From contig NC_043013.1 of the NCBI RefSeq assembly GCF_006345805.1, positions 41,354,001 through 41,418,000 on the forward strand: a stretch of DNA of 64,000 nucleotides. Reading direction: 5' to 3'. Below the pieces are notes generated by a model. It made no database searches. It was given only the letters and a program-made list of their open reading frames with translations, and had not been told where the DNA came from. Position 1 is the stretch's first letter. Each line of letters opens with the position of its first letter. Source of the DNA: Octopus sinensis (Eukaryota). Of the stretch, positions 12,011 to 24,610 are shown one piece after another. The position numbers and the translations under genes were made by a program.

Positions 12011-13035
12011 CTCTTCTCAGTATTTAAGGAAGCTGACAAATACAAACAAGAAATCATACCACCTAATAAACACGAAGAAGAAGAAGAAGATGATGAAGAA
12101 ACAACAAAAGCTATAAAACAAATGAAATCCAAACTAAAAATAGAACAGCAACGAACCATGATAAAACGATGGCAAGAAAAGCCCCTTCATGGTAAATACT
12201 GCACTAAACTAAACGCAAAAGAAATAGACAAAGAAAAATCCCAGCAATGGTTGAGAAGCTCAGGACTCAAAGCAGAAACAGAGGGATTTTTAATTGCAGC
12301 ACAAGACCAAAGCCTCCCCACCAGAAATTACCAAAAACATGTAATGAAAAGAAATATTACAAGTAACTGCAGAATATGTGGAGATGGACCAGAAACAATA
12401 AATCATATTATCTCTAGCTGCCCAGTCCTGGCTAAGAAGGAATATATTCACAGACATGACAGAGTTGGAACCTACATACATTGGAAGCTATGCCAACATT
12501 ATGGAATAACAACAGAAAAAAGATGGTATAGGCACACACCAGAAAAGGTCACAGAAAACGAGAAAGCAACCATACTCTGGGATATGCCGATACACACAGA
12601 TAGAGAAATTAAGGCCAACAGACCAGATATAGTTGTCAGAGATCATGAAGAAAAAAAATGCTTTCTAATTGATGTATCAATACCGGCAGATGACAACGTG
12701 TCTCTAAAAGAAATGGAGAAACTCTCAAAATACAAAGACCTGGAAATAGAGGTAACTAGAATGTGGAATCTGAAAACAGAAACAATTCCTATCATAGTAG
12801 GTGCATTAGGCATGATAAAAAAATATTCAGACAAATACATAACAAAAACACCAGGACTTACAAACACATATAACATACAGAAAATTGCACTACTAGGCAC
12901 TGCACACATCCTACGCAGAACAGTTTCCATACAATAACCATCAGAGCATCACAACAAATCACAGCACATACCCAAGGCACACAGAGCTGCGCTCGGTAGT
13001 GAAGTGAAAGCACGCTATAAAAATAAAATTACTGA
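12006..13035 (+). mobile_element. 5'-truncated R4/Dong-like non-LTR retrotransposon inserted in (AAT)n
   Basis: Open frame 12008-12937, short 3' UTR, (AAT)n on both sides. Confidence 0.9.
12008..12937 (+). CDS. C-terminal part of a retrotransposon ORF: CCHC zinc knuckle plus restriction-like (PD..D) endonuclease
   Basis: CRICGDGPETINHIISSC zinc knuckle; RHD motif (YIHRHDRV); RPDIVV...CFLIDVSIPAD...KLSKY nuclease motif; ends LGTAHILRRTVSIQ. The frame stays open 38 codons upstream of the ATG at 12122. The RT domain is absent. Confidence 0.9.
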
Positions 13036-13050
13036 ATAATAATAATAATA

Positions 13051-13113
<63 letters not shown>

Positions 13114-13114
<1 letters not shown>

Positions 13115-13590
13115 TGTCTTGGTATAAAAGATGGACTACAGCAAATATTCTGCTCAATACCACAGATTTGTTTGTCAGTTGTTTGATCTTAACCAGTTGA
13201 GCATGTCCATTAGTGGCTGACGATATGTGCATCTCTGATCACGAGCACAAGTAGTGGGGGAGCATCATAGCCATGTGTTGAGAAGGATTCTTTGGGGTTT
13301 GAATAATTCACCTCTGGAAACATGGGTGTTTCGTTCAACGTCCTTAAACAACCCTTATTCAGGGACCTTTTGAGCGGGATGGGTTACTCGATCTGAAGAA
13401 AATTCTAACTGGGCTCCACCTGCAAGGTCATGTGCTGTTTATCTTGATATGAGATCACCATGTCGCGCACATATGGTTGTGATGCATGTGCCTGGTGTAC
13501 CCTTATCAGACGGGTAGTCATGATGGGTATACTGGGCTTCGTATATTTTACCCCAGTGTCACTTTGATGGCATGCTCTGCTCGCTCACTC
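13114..13590 (+). mobile_element. Family X retroposon, 5'-truncated, (AAT)n tail
   Basis: Near-identical to 13730-14207; ends ctcactc-(aat)n. Confidence 0.85.
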
Positions 13591-13615
13591 AATAATAATA
13601 ATAATAATAATAATA

Positions 13616-13652
<37 letters not shown>

Positions 13653-13653
<1 letters not shown>

Positions 13654-14207
13654 GCCCTGATGCAGTACCAGGCAGTGGCTCTCATGGCTTCTGATCTTAA
13701 CTGATTGGAAGTGTTATCATGTACATTGTTTTGTCTTGGTATAAAAGATGGGCTACAGCAAATATTCTGCTCAATACCACAGATTTGCTTGTCAGTTGTT
13801 TGACCTTAACCAGTTGAGCATGTCCCTTAGTGGCTGACGATATGTGCATCTCTGATCACGAGCAGAAGTAGTGGGGGAGCATCATAGCCATGTGTTGAGA
13901 AGGATTCTTTGGGGTTTGAATAATTCACCTCTGGAAACATGGGTGTTTCGTTCAACGTCCTTAAACAACCCTTATTCAGGGACCTTTTGAGCGGGATGGG
14001 TTACTCGATCTGAAGAAAATTCTAACTGGGCTCCACCTGCAAGGTCATGTGCTGTTTATCTTGATATGTGATCACCATGTCGCGCACATATGGTTGTGAT
14101 GCATGTGCCTGGTGTACCCTTATCAGACGGGTAGTCATGATGGGTATATTGGGCTTCGTATATTTTACCCCAGTGTCACTTTGATGGCATGAACTGCTCT
14201 CTCACTC
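13653..14207 (+). mobile_element. Family X retroposon, longer copy, (AAT)n tail
   Basis: Starts tgccctgatgcagtaccaggcagtggctc; flanked by (AAT)n on both sides. Confidence 0.85.
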
Positions 14208-14234
14208 AATAATAATAATAATAAGTCTTTCTAC

Positions 14235-14430
14235 TATAGGCACGAGGCCTGAAATTCGGGGTGAGGTGATAAGTCGATTACATCGACCCCAGTGTTTCAC
14301 TGGTACTTAATTTATCGACCCCGAAAGATGAAAGTCAGAGCAGACCTCGGAAGAATTTGAAGTCAGAACGTAGCGACGGACGATATACTGCTAAGCGTTT
14401 CGCCCGGCGTGCTAAAAATTCTGCCAGTTC
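14235..14430 (-). mobile_element. Family B SINE
   Basis: Reverse-complement family B body and head. Confidence 0.75.
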
Positions 14431-14984
14431 GCTGCCTTATCATAATGATAATAATAATAGCGACAAAAAAGCCACGTTAATAACATGGTCAACAAGAACA
14501 GTAACAAGAAAAAGAAAGCAAGGGAGAAACCAAGAAGATCACAACACGATTATATATAGCGTTCTCATTTTACGTAATCCTGCCGAGTAGTATAGCAACA
14601 ATTATACAAGTGAAGCAAAGCGTTCGCAATAACAAAACTCGTCTGATATTTATACAAACGACATACGAGATAAAAGCATATATTTTTCTGATAGTCACAT
14701 ACTTCCAAATGGATAAGATAAAGAAAATATTTACACTCAGGACGCCATGCAATGTAGATTTCTTCGACAGTCAGGCGTGTGCGCCACATTGATAAGCTGC
14801 AAAAACAGTGAAATACTGTATCTGCCATTCCCGTTTTCGCTTCCGGGGCGATTTCATTTCGCCTGCTTCTGACATTTATTGTGTCCTCCTATCTGGACGT
14901 CCACCGGACGGAAAACTGCAGCCCTGAACGTATGTGTTTCAGGAGCACACAAACGTTCAATGTGTGATACATAGATGCATAGAT

Positions 14985-15003
14985 ACATACATACATACAT
15001 ACA

Positions 15004-15034
<31 letters not shown>

Positions 15035-15155
15035 TCATACATACGTACATACGTACATACATACATGCATACATACATACATATATACATACATACATAC
15101 ATACATACATACATACATACATACATACATACATACATACATACATACATACATA
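14985..15155. repeat. (TACA)n microsatellite
   Basis: Direct reading. Confidence 0.95.
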
Positions 15156-15159
15156 AACT

Positions 15160-15545
15160 CAAACGCGACTCCGTCGGTCACGAATGCCCATGGGTGCACC
15201 TAAGATGTTCCCCTCTGGAGTACAAATCTGGGCAAAAAGCTGCCACACCGGCGAACGTACAGCCTAAGGCTGTTTTTATGGAAGACCAACAGTCGTCCAT
15301 GCATAGCAGCCTCCCCGCTCCACGCCACCGATGTTATCCAAGGTGCCAAGCTGTATCGGCCTTTTGCCCGATACAGCTTGGCACCAGTAACTTTGCAAAC
15401 CATTTCCACAGGCTGCGTGAACTGGAGCAACATGAAATAAGGTGTCTCGCTCAAGAAAACATGACGTAGTCCGGTTTGGAAATCGAACTCACAACCTCAT
15501 GATCGCAAGCTCGACGCTCTAACTACTGAGCCATGTGCTTTCACA
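15160..15545 (-). mobile_element. tRNA-derived SINE (family C-related) containing a perfect 18-bp hairpin
   Basis: Head at 15470-15545 (rc gtgaaagcacatggctcagtagttagagc...gagttcgatttcc); hairpin at 15342-15385. Confidence 0.7.
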
Positions 15546-15686
15546 CCCACACACACACACATATATATTCTATATCGCATGAATATATGTATATATGCAT
15601 ATATACGTACCTTTCTGTCTTTTTACGCATGCTATGCTATTGATATTATAAACAATAATATCCTTATACATATTTATATAATGTAT

Positions 15687-15741
<55 letters not shown>

Positions 15742-15840
15742 CCGGAGTAAACACATAAATGTGAAACAAGGTGGAAAAAAGAGTACTCAAATACCAGTGG
15801 TAGAGTAATATGCTTTATTTTAAGCAGAAGAAAATTCAAC

Positions 15841-15889
15841 AAAATCTGTTACTCTGAGTTTCTCGTTGCCGTTCATCAGACAGTTTTTG
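15841..15889 (-). ncRNA. Minimal type I hammerhead ribozyme in a Penelope-like terminal repeat (~15740-16000)
   Basis: Minus strand: aaaaactgt-CTGATGA-a-CG-gcaa-CG-a-GAAA-CTC-a-GAG-TA-acagatttt. Stem I ctgt/acag, extendable; stem III ACTC-a-GAGT; GUA triplet. Confidence 0.75.
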
Positions 15890-16403
15890 CTAGAATGGAA
15901 CTTATATATTAATTCAATCTATACTCTTACAAACGCTACACCTTTAAAAAGAAATGGACTTGTTTGATTGGCCCTTTAGAAAAAACGGTCAATCTTCGAG
16001 CGATAAACAAAAAGGTCAAAAATATATGTATATATATATATAAAAACTTATAAAAATTATAAAATCCGAGGAAAAAACCTATTGCCGTTAATGAAGACAG
16101 TACAAATTAATGCATAGAAATTAAACCTGTTATAATTACTGCAATACATATTTATATTAAAATCTACATATATATATCAACATACACAAAAGGATGCGCG
16201 TAAACGCCATACATACATATACAGACGTATGAATATGAATTTAAATATACACATAAAAGCATGTGTACATATATTCACGCAAACCGTCTCGCACGCAAGC
16301 TAAAATTCATCTATGTAGCAATTCTCATATACTGAGCAAGGAATATATATATATACATAACATATATTGTAATCTATCAGATATGTATTTTATATATTTA
16401 TAT

Positions 16404-16449
<46 letters not shown>

Positions 16450-17190
16450 TCACTTGTGAGGTCTCTAATGAGTGCTACTGGTAACATGATGCATTCATGT
16501 ACAGGCTCTCAACCTGTTGCATGTTGGGTCGGTCGTCGCTGACTAAACCGACACGCCCACTAGGTTTGCCTGGTTTGGAGAGTTGCTAGAAACTCACCAG
16601 AACTAAAAACCTAACCTGTCAAAAGGACGGCGGATGAACCTAGTATAACTTTAACGACAGTCTATCAATAGCATGGGTCCTCAGAGATATCGGGTTGGTC
16701 TCCGGCGTGCTGGGAGACCACTGAGAGTGAGGGGCCTGATATCTTTGTGAAAGTATGTTTCAAAGAGAATGTCACTCTTGATATAAAACCGGATCTGCAG
16801 AGAGTGACATTGAATAATTTGAGGATCGTTTGCTTGCGTTTCAGGTCATGGAGTTCCCAAATTCCTGAACCTGAGACTCATGTTATCAATGGATAGCTTG
16901 CTCCGGTTGATCCTTGAATCGCGTCACTACGGTGAAGTGGGTACGTGGGGTGCTGTGTAAGCTTTATTGGATTTAAAATTTTAGGTTGTACTATCACCGG
17001 CGAGACGATTTTCCGACACCCGCTCGAGTAGGTGGGCGCTGCGGCGAGCATGAATGACGTGGGTGCGAACGCAGGCGAAGTCGGCCGCAGGTGTAATAAG
17101 CTCATGCGCGAGCTTTCCTAGTATTTTGACGGGCAATGGTCAGTGATAGTCTTCCTCGGTCAAGAGTGGACGGCCATCGTGTATATTTGT
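16450..17190 (+). mobile_element. Highly decayed Tx1/L1-like LINE 3' region (tentative)
   Basis: GC-rich island with long, stop-interrupted reading frames (e.g. ...RPLRVRGL...NRICRE..., ...GEVGRRCNKL...YFDGQW) loosely resembling L1/Tx1 C-termini. Confidence 0.35.
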
Positions 17191-17535
17191 ATATATATTT
17201 TTTTATTGATAAATGCTAAATACAAAGTAACATTAACGATGAAGAACTACTCAAGACCTTTCTAAGAGTATATATTCATTAAACGTATAAGGCACGGCTA
17301 ACAATGATTTCCATTGATTTCCAGATTTTGGACAGCTAAGCTTCTTCGCACTGTGTGTGTGTGTCTGTGTGTGTGTGTGTGTGTGAATGTGTGTGCGTGC
17401 GTGTTTGTGTGAAACGTAGCGCAGGCGGTCGACAGAGGAACATAGGGAAAACAGGAAGAAGTACACACAATGGACTTGAACACGTTGACACCCTCATCAG
17501 TTATCTAACAAAAATCATTACAATTTCGATGCCTT

Positions 17536-17591
<56 letters not shown>

Positions 17592-17624
17592 CGTATACGC
17601 ACACACATATACATGTGACCACGT

Positions 17625-17830
17625 GTGTACCATTGGCGATTTTTTCCTTCGTCTTCCCTTCTCTGGATCTTTCCTTCTCCTATGTTTCCGACGAAGAGCT
17701 CCGCTCGAAACGTTAAACCCTCCTTCTTCCCTTCCTTCCTGAGCGTCCAATAACACCATACTTGTTCCACGTCCTCGCGTTGTTGTGTTTTCTCTTTGTG
17801 TCTTCATGTTTGGATCAACTTTATACATGT
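17625..17830 (+). mobile_element. Short Penelope-type element with minimal hammerhead at 17684-17718
   Basis: gttt-CCGACGA-a-GAGC-tcc-GCTC-GAAAC-GTT-aaac. All three stems pair; U4C core variant; AACGTT palindrome. Confidence 0.7.
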
Positions 17831-18324
17831 ATATACATATATAAATGTATTTTCATACATGTATACATACACACAAACACTTACACAATTCTTTCTCTCT
17901 CTCCATCTCTGTCTATCTTCCTCTCTATCTCTCTCCTTCTCTCTATCCATTTCTCTCCCTCTCTCTCTCTTTTTCTCTCTCTCTGTCTTTTTCTCTCTCT
18001 CACACCCACATACATATATGTATTAAATGTCTAGAACAAATTCTATGGATGACCGACTTTTAGATTTCGTCCTCTCGGAATCCAACGGAAGAAGCACCAG
18101 ACAAGAACCGGGGTCACACTAATCGAATGTTTCCCAACCTCTCCAACGAGTTTAAAGGGGGGGTGGTCATGTTATGTTTATATAAACAATAATTATCAGC
18201 TTCCTTTATTCACAATGTCGATCTGAACTTGGAAAGACATTTAAAAAAATATTTAACAGTTTTGCATTTGTTTTGTTTAGTGTTTGGTATTATTAGTGTT
18301 CATCGGTGTGATTAGTACTACTTG

Positions 18325-18341
18325 TAGTAGTACTGGTGGTG

Positions 18342-18376
<35 letters not shown>

Positions 18377-18845
18377 GGTGGTAGTAGTAGTAGTAGTGGT
18401 GGTAGTAGTAGTAGTAGTGGTGGTAGTAGTAGTAGTAGTGGTGGTGGTTTTGGTGGTAGTTTTGGTGGTGGTGGTGGCGCTAGTAGTAGTAGTAATAGTA
18501 GTAGTAGTGGTGCTGGTGCTGGTGCTGGTGCTGGTGGTAGTTGTGGTGGTGGTGATGGTGGTAGTAGTAGTAGTAGCAGTTGTTGTTGTGCTGGTGGTGG
18601 TAGTAGTAGTTGTGGTGGTGGTGGTAGTAGTAATAGTAGTTAGTAGTAATTATAGTTTTGGTGTTGGTTGCGGTAGTAGTAGTAGTAGTAGCAGTAGTAG
18701 TAGATATAGTATTGGTGGTGGTAGTAGTAGTAGTAGTAGTGATGGTGGCGGTGCTGGTGGTTATAGTGATGGTGGTGATGATAGTGGTGTGGTAGTAGTA
18801 GTAGTAGTGATGGTGGTGTTGGTGGTGGTGAGTATCGTTGTAGTA
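18325..18845. repeat. Compound (GGT)n/(AGT)n microsatellite
   Basis: Direct reading. Confidence 0.95.
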
Positions 18846-19429
18846 TGTGTGAAAGAGGACTAGACACGTTGGCGGAGTACGGGACGATGGTGCGAGAATC
18901 GGACAGAAGCAATACGATTATTTCGAATTAGAAACATATTCGTTGATAATTTCGGTCGCCATCGTTCGGCCTTCGTTTGGGATATCGATCGATGTCGATA
19001 ATAACGTACAGGGTCCCAAGATAAACGGTGCCTAATATTTAGAAATAATAACAAAGCAGTAATGGTCACCGAACTAAAATAGGCAGACGTCGTCTTAAGA
19101 GATTTTCATTCATGGACAAATAAGCGTTTTGCGCTACCAATATGGTGGCGTATTATGTAAATCGCTCACATCAAAATGTAATCAAATATAAATATATAAA
19201 TACACGCAGGCATACAGACGCGCGCACACGCACACACACACATGCGCGCGCGCGCACACACACACAGACGCACAAACACGCACACTTAGACACAGAAACA
19301 CACATACGCACTTAATGACATACAAATCTAAAACGAAGGGAGACTTGAATATAAATTCAGGCTTCATTGGGAATGCATAATGTGTGTATGTCAGCGTACC
19401 TCTCTGTGCGTGCGTGTGTGTTTGTGCGC

Positions 19430-19460
<31 letters not shown>

Positions 19461-19736
19461 TGTATGTGTGTGTGTGCGTGCGTCTGTATGTGCGTCTGTG
19501 TGTTTCAGTACTGACGTAGCGCACACACAGACACGCATAGATATATACGTTAGTCTATATATTATATATATGAGTATATTTATTTATGCATATATTTGTA
19601 TGTGTATATATTTCATATATTGTATACATATATATATATATAGACACGCACACACATGCGCGCATGCGTATATGTATGTTATTACTAATAGTCTACCTAT
19701 ACTTTTTCTCTCTGTGTACATGTATATATAAGTGAT

Positions 19737-19817
<81 letters not shown>

Positions 19818-19996
19818 ACATACATATAAATATAACATAATACATGTATTATATATATTATATATGTGTGTGCGTGTATGTATAGTATATAGATGTATGT
19901 GTGTGTGCATACGTATATACAGATATGTATATGTGTATACTGTATATATATTGTACATGTGTACATATATATATACATATATATATATTAAATTTA

Positions 19997-20032
<36 letters not shown>

Positions 20033-20114
20033 TATATAGATATATATACATTGTACATATGTACATACAGATATATTCATATATTGTATATATGTATACA
20101 TAAGTGTGTGTGAG

Positions 20115-20173
<59 letters not shown>

Positions 20174-20389
20174 ATACGTGCGTACAGATTTACATATGTA
20201 TGTCGAGCATGGCGCCGTTGCAGATAAATGTAGTTTATAGCCGCGCAATAAACTGATTTTAACGAAATGACGGTATGCGAAAAAAATATCAAAAGATGTC
20301 AGAAAAGTTGAATAGACAATATGAGTTTTGGTACTAGTTTAGGTTTTAATGTTTAGCTGTACTGACACACGATGGAACCAAGACAGGGT

Positions 20390-20475
<86 letters not shown>

Positions 20476-20749
20476 ATAACATAGGAGTAAAGAATTGAGA
20501 GTTTGCTGCGAAATAGAAGGACAGATGTAAATCTGTCTGTCTATCTGTCTATCTATTTATCTACACATACATACATGCATACAGATTCTCGTGCATATAT
20601 ATGTACACATATGTATGTGTTGATGGATAGATACATAAAGAGGAATATATACACATTATATATATATAACATTATATATATATATATACACACACACACA
20701 TATATATATTTGTATATATATTGTGTGACTCTTCTGTCCGGCAGTTGCC

Positions 20750-20933
20750 ATGATAGATCGGTAGGCACTACACACATTTTTTTCTCTCCTTGTTTCTTTT
20801 TTTGTCCCTTTTTGTAGAAGAGCACAGGCTCGAAGCGTAAAATACTTTTTCAATTCCTGAGCGTTATACTAATACATCTGTTTGTTTTCTACACCACCTG
20901 TCTTCGTCTTTTGTTTTTTTCGTGAACTCTCCC

Positions 20934-20935
<2 letters not shown>
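20750..20935 (+). mobile_element. Family D ~190-bp Penelope-type element (degenerate hammerhead 20808-20843), 3' end at (TA)n
   Basis: gatagatcg.tag.cactacac...ttgtagaaGAGCacagGCTCgaagcgtaaaa...ctgagcgttatactaatacatctg. Homologous to 37200-37385 and 53665-53857. Confidence 0.75.
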
Positions 20936-20977
<42 letters not shown>

Positions 20978-20999
20978 ATATGTATATGCATGCATACAT

Positions 21000-21130
21000 G
21001 TACATATGTATGTCATTATTCAGTTTATTTCAAGGTTTCTTGCCAATAGAGAAAGAACCGGTTTCTAACCTAGATCCAAGGTTCCTTCATTGGAATTTCA
21101 ACGTCAACAACAGGGTATTTTGTTTGCATG
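21000..21130 (-). mobile_element. Penelope-like terminal fragment with decayed hammerhead
   Basis: Minus strand: ccaatgaagg-AACCT-tggatct-AGGTT-a-GAAA-CCGG-TT. The AACCGGTT palindrome is retained; the core box is mutated. Confidence 0.35.
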
Positions 21131-22446
21131 TGTATATGTATGTATGTATGTATGTATTATGTATGTATGTATGTATGTATGTATGTATGTATATGTATGT
21201 GCAGATTTGTATGTCTTATGTATGTATTCTCATGCATATAGTTGCATATCTAGACATACTCATATATATTTAAGTGATAAACTTCTGGAAAGTTTTACAG
21301 ATTTTTACAGTTCCAGTGATGGATTGGATCTGTAGTCTTCGAATTAACTTTCTCCTTTCTGATTTTGAGAAGGTGGATTTTTCAAGATTGGTATTTAGGC
21401 AGTGTGTTACATATCCTAAGACCCCAATAATTACTGGTATAAACCTGAACTTGTAATCTGGAGAGAGTAACTGCAGATTTCTCAATAGTTCAGCATAGTT
21501 ATTCTCTTTTTCACTGATCTTGTGTCTATCTATCTATCTGTCTGTCCGTATGTATGTATGTATGTATATACAGAGTGAGAGAGAGAGAGCGAGAGAGAGC
21601 AGGAGAAGAGAGAAAGAGAAAGAGAGAGAAAGAGATAAATATAGACAGCGACATAGAGAATTAAGTTAACTACGAAATTACTCTAGTCTGAAGCTTGCCG
21701 GTGGGTAAATTATTAATGTTGATTTGTGCTGATCGGTTTCGGTTCTTAGAAATCCCTCATCAGATGTGGCTGAATTAGAAACAATTATTAAATTATCAGA
21801 ATTGTTTCAATTGCTATAATCATGGGAAAAAACGACATTTTAGTATTTCTTTTAGCTCTTTAGCTTCTGAGACCCTATCCCTCCTTAACTCAATTTCCCC
21901 TTTTATCCGTCCGGGGTCAATAAAATATAACAGCAGCCAGATACAAACTTCGAAATAATCCGAGAGCGCACGCCGCTGGAAAAATACTGCCATTGAGTCT
22001 ACAGTCGAAAGAATTATTACTTTAATACCTGAGGTCAATGTGAGATTGTTGCTATTTATTTGTATATAAATTCAGTTTATGTCGCCAGCCTTAATTGTTC
22101 GAAATTTTATTCACTAATCTACTCTACGCAAATGAACCTCGATTGCTTTCCAATCAATCAATTTCCAAGAATAGAAATTTGTACGATTTATAGTTCCTAA
22201 TCGGCTGATAATTTTCTGTGTTTTACAGTGAGTGCTCAATAATAGAATGGTCTGAGAAAGAAAGGGTTAATTCGAACGTTTTATATCAGTTCTCATTTGT
22301 TGGTGAATATAAGATTTACAGTATTATATTTGCTAATGGTTTATGTTATTAGTTGTTGCAAAGAGAGGCCTTAAGTCGCATTCATTACCGCTGAAATTAC
22401 TGGTTAGAGAAGAAGTGATTCATGTGCATCATATACATTGAAGACA

Positions 22447-22660
22447 AAGGCGGTAACCTGGCAGAATCGTTAGCACGTCGGACAAAATGCTTGACGGCAT
22501 TTCGTCTGTCTTTATGATCCGAGTTCAAATTCCACCGTGTCCGACTTTACCTTTCATCTTTTCGGGCGCGATAAAATAAGTACCAGTTGAGCATTGGAGT
22601 CGATGTAATCGACTTTTCCCCTCACTCGAAATTGCAGGACTTGTACTGAATTTTGAAACC
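22447..22660 (+). mobile_element. Family B SINE
   Basis: aaggcggtaacctggcagaatcgttagc head and family B body. Confidence 0.8.
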
Positions 22661-23954
22661 AATATATCTTGAAGGCAACTTAACTCTTGCTATTTACAAG
22701 GTAACCCCAGAAAGATAATATTATCGCAAACTTAATTATTTTTCTTTTCGTTCTTTTATTGTAAGTCACTGCTAACAAGGTCGTAAGGAACCAATATTAT
22801 GTCAGTATTTTGAGAGCTAAAAATGAAACGGAAAGAAAAATATATTTCTAATTTTTAATGAGAATTTTCCCCAAGAATCATAAAACGGTCAATGCAAGAT
22901 GTAAAAGAAGTAAGGTGTAAAAGAAGAAATGACCGTGTGGTTTAGAAGTTCGCTTTGCAAACACGTGGATTTCAACTGTCCCCTTACGTGGCACTTCGGC
23001 CAAGTGCTTTTTACTATAACTCCGGACTGACCAATATTTTGTGAATGAATGTATTTGATAGTAACTGTATCATAGAAGCGCGTATGATATATATATATAT
23101 AGTTGAAATTTACAATATTTAAGTTGTTCCCCAAATCACAAAACAATAAATATAAAATTTGAAAGAATTAAGATCATATTTACCTACGAAACAAGGAAGA
23201 TAGTTTAACAAGAAAAGAATTTCGAGGAAAAAAGCAACTAGCGTATTAAAAACAAAAGGGCTAGAGGAGGGGACAACCACAGTGTAAGATTGAGTTTTAG
23301 CAAAAAGATGAATCATTCGTTCTGTATCTTTACTACGAGAACTTCTTTAAAAGAGGAGAAAGTTTGGCAGAACGAGGGCTAAGGAATTGTTTATATATTA
23401 GAAATAAAGAAGTAAAATCAGGCTATCTGTTTACCGTTTGCACGTTTTTTACATTTTTTTTTCAATGTAGTTACTATGAAAAGCTGATCCTGGAGTTCGA
23501 TACACCGTTTTCGAAACCATGAGCAAGAACACTCTATCGTACTAGTCTGATGTTTAGAGGTTCTCAGCTGTTCAGTTGATTACCTTAAGAAATCAGATAT
23601 ATAAAAGGAACTTCTACTGAAGCATTCAAAAAACTTTGGATCAGCTCCTGAGGACTATAGCGGACTAGTCAAACATACAAGGGTATACTCAGGGAAGATC
23701 AACTGCTGCAAACTTAATCATAGACCAACTTCCAGGCATCAAACGACAGAAAAACTGATACGAAATGAAATAAGGCGGTGCTCCAGAATGGTCGCAATCC
23801 TACGACTGAAATCATTGATAGAATATAAGAATGGGAAATCTTACGATCCGCGATTCACATATTGTGCCGGATTGAACATAGAGTACTCCAACAGAGACAA
23901 CTTTGGGTAAATACAAAGACATATTTCTAGGTTGGTGATCTGAATATCATATTG

Positions 23955-24165
23955 GTTTCAATGTTTGGCACAGGGCCAGCAATTTCGGGTCTGAATAAGT
24001 TGATTACATTGACGCTGGTGCTCGACTGGTACTTATTTTATCGACACCGAAAGGATAAAAGGCAAAGTAGACTTCGGTGGTATTTGTGCACAGAACATAA
24101 AGACGTACGAAATACTGCTAAACATTTTGTCCGGCGTACTAACAAATCTACCAGCTCGCTGCCTT
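23955..24165 (-). mobile_element. Family B SINE, diverged
   Basis: Reverse-complement family B motifs. Confidence 0.7.
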
Positions 24166-24547
24166 CCTGTTTGCCTTTCCGTTCTTATTTTGTAAGCGAA
24201 TTTACATTTGTAACGTCAAGCGATAGTTCTCTCAATCTAATTACGCCATTTTCTTCTCAATCTTTTGCCGCTAAGCATTTTATCCGACCTACTAACTATT
24301 CTGTCATCTCTCCGCCTTAAAGCAATATTCATATTAAGATCTTGTATTTGTACTTCCGCTCCTTGTAGAATTTATACAAAATGTGTTTGTTAACGTAATT
24401 CCGATAATATTCTGTAATATTCTGTTAGAAGAGTTCTATATTTTAAGAACGAATCTTTGTTTGCTTTTCTTTATTGTAAGCTACCTTGAGCATTCTAAAA
24501 CTTTGCGGAATTATACTGTGCATAAGATGCAAGGTTTGGTTGTGTAA

Positions 24548-24607
<60 letters not shown>

Positions 24608-24610
<3 letters not shown>

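Noticed and set aside
16680-16825. Nested hairpins (agatatc/gatatct, ggtctcc/ggagacc, aatgtcactct/agagtgacatt) suggesting a structured ncRNA
   Set aside because: They are short stems within a probable decayed LINE region, with no covariation evidence or recognisable RNA motif.
18284-18643. Gly/Ser-rich 119-aa ORF resembling a structural protein
   Set aside because: It is entirely a (GGT)/(AGT) compound microsatellite; the overlapping frames give poly-Val and poly-His/Tyr equally well.
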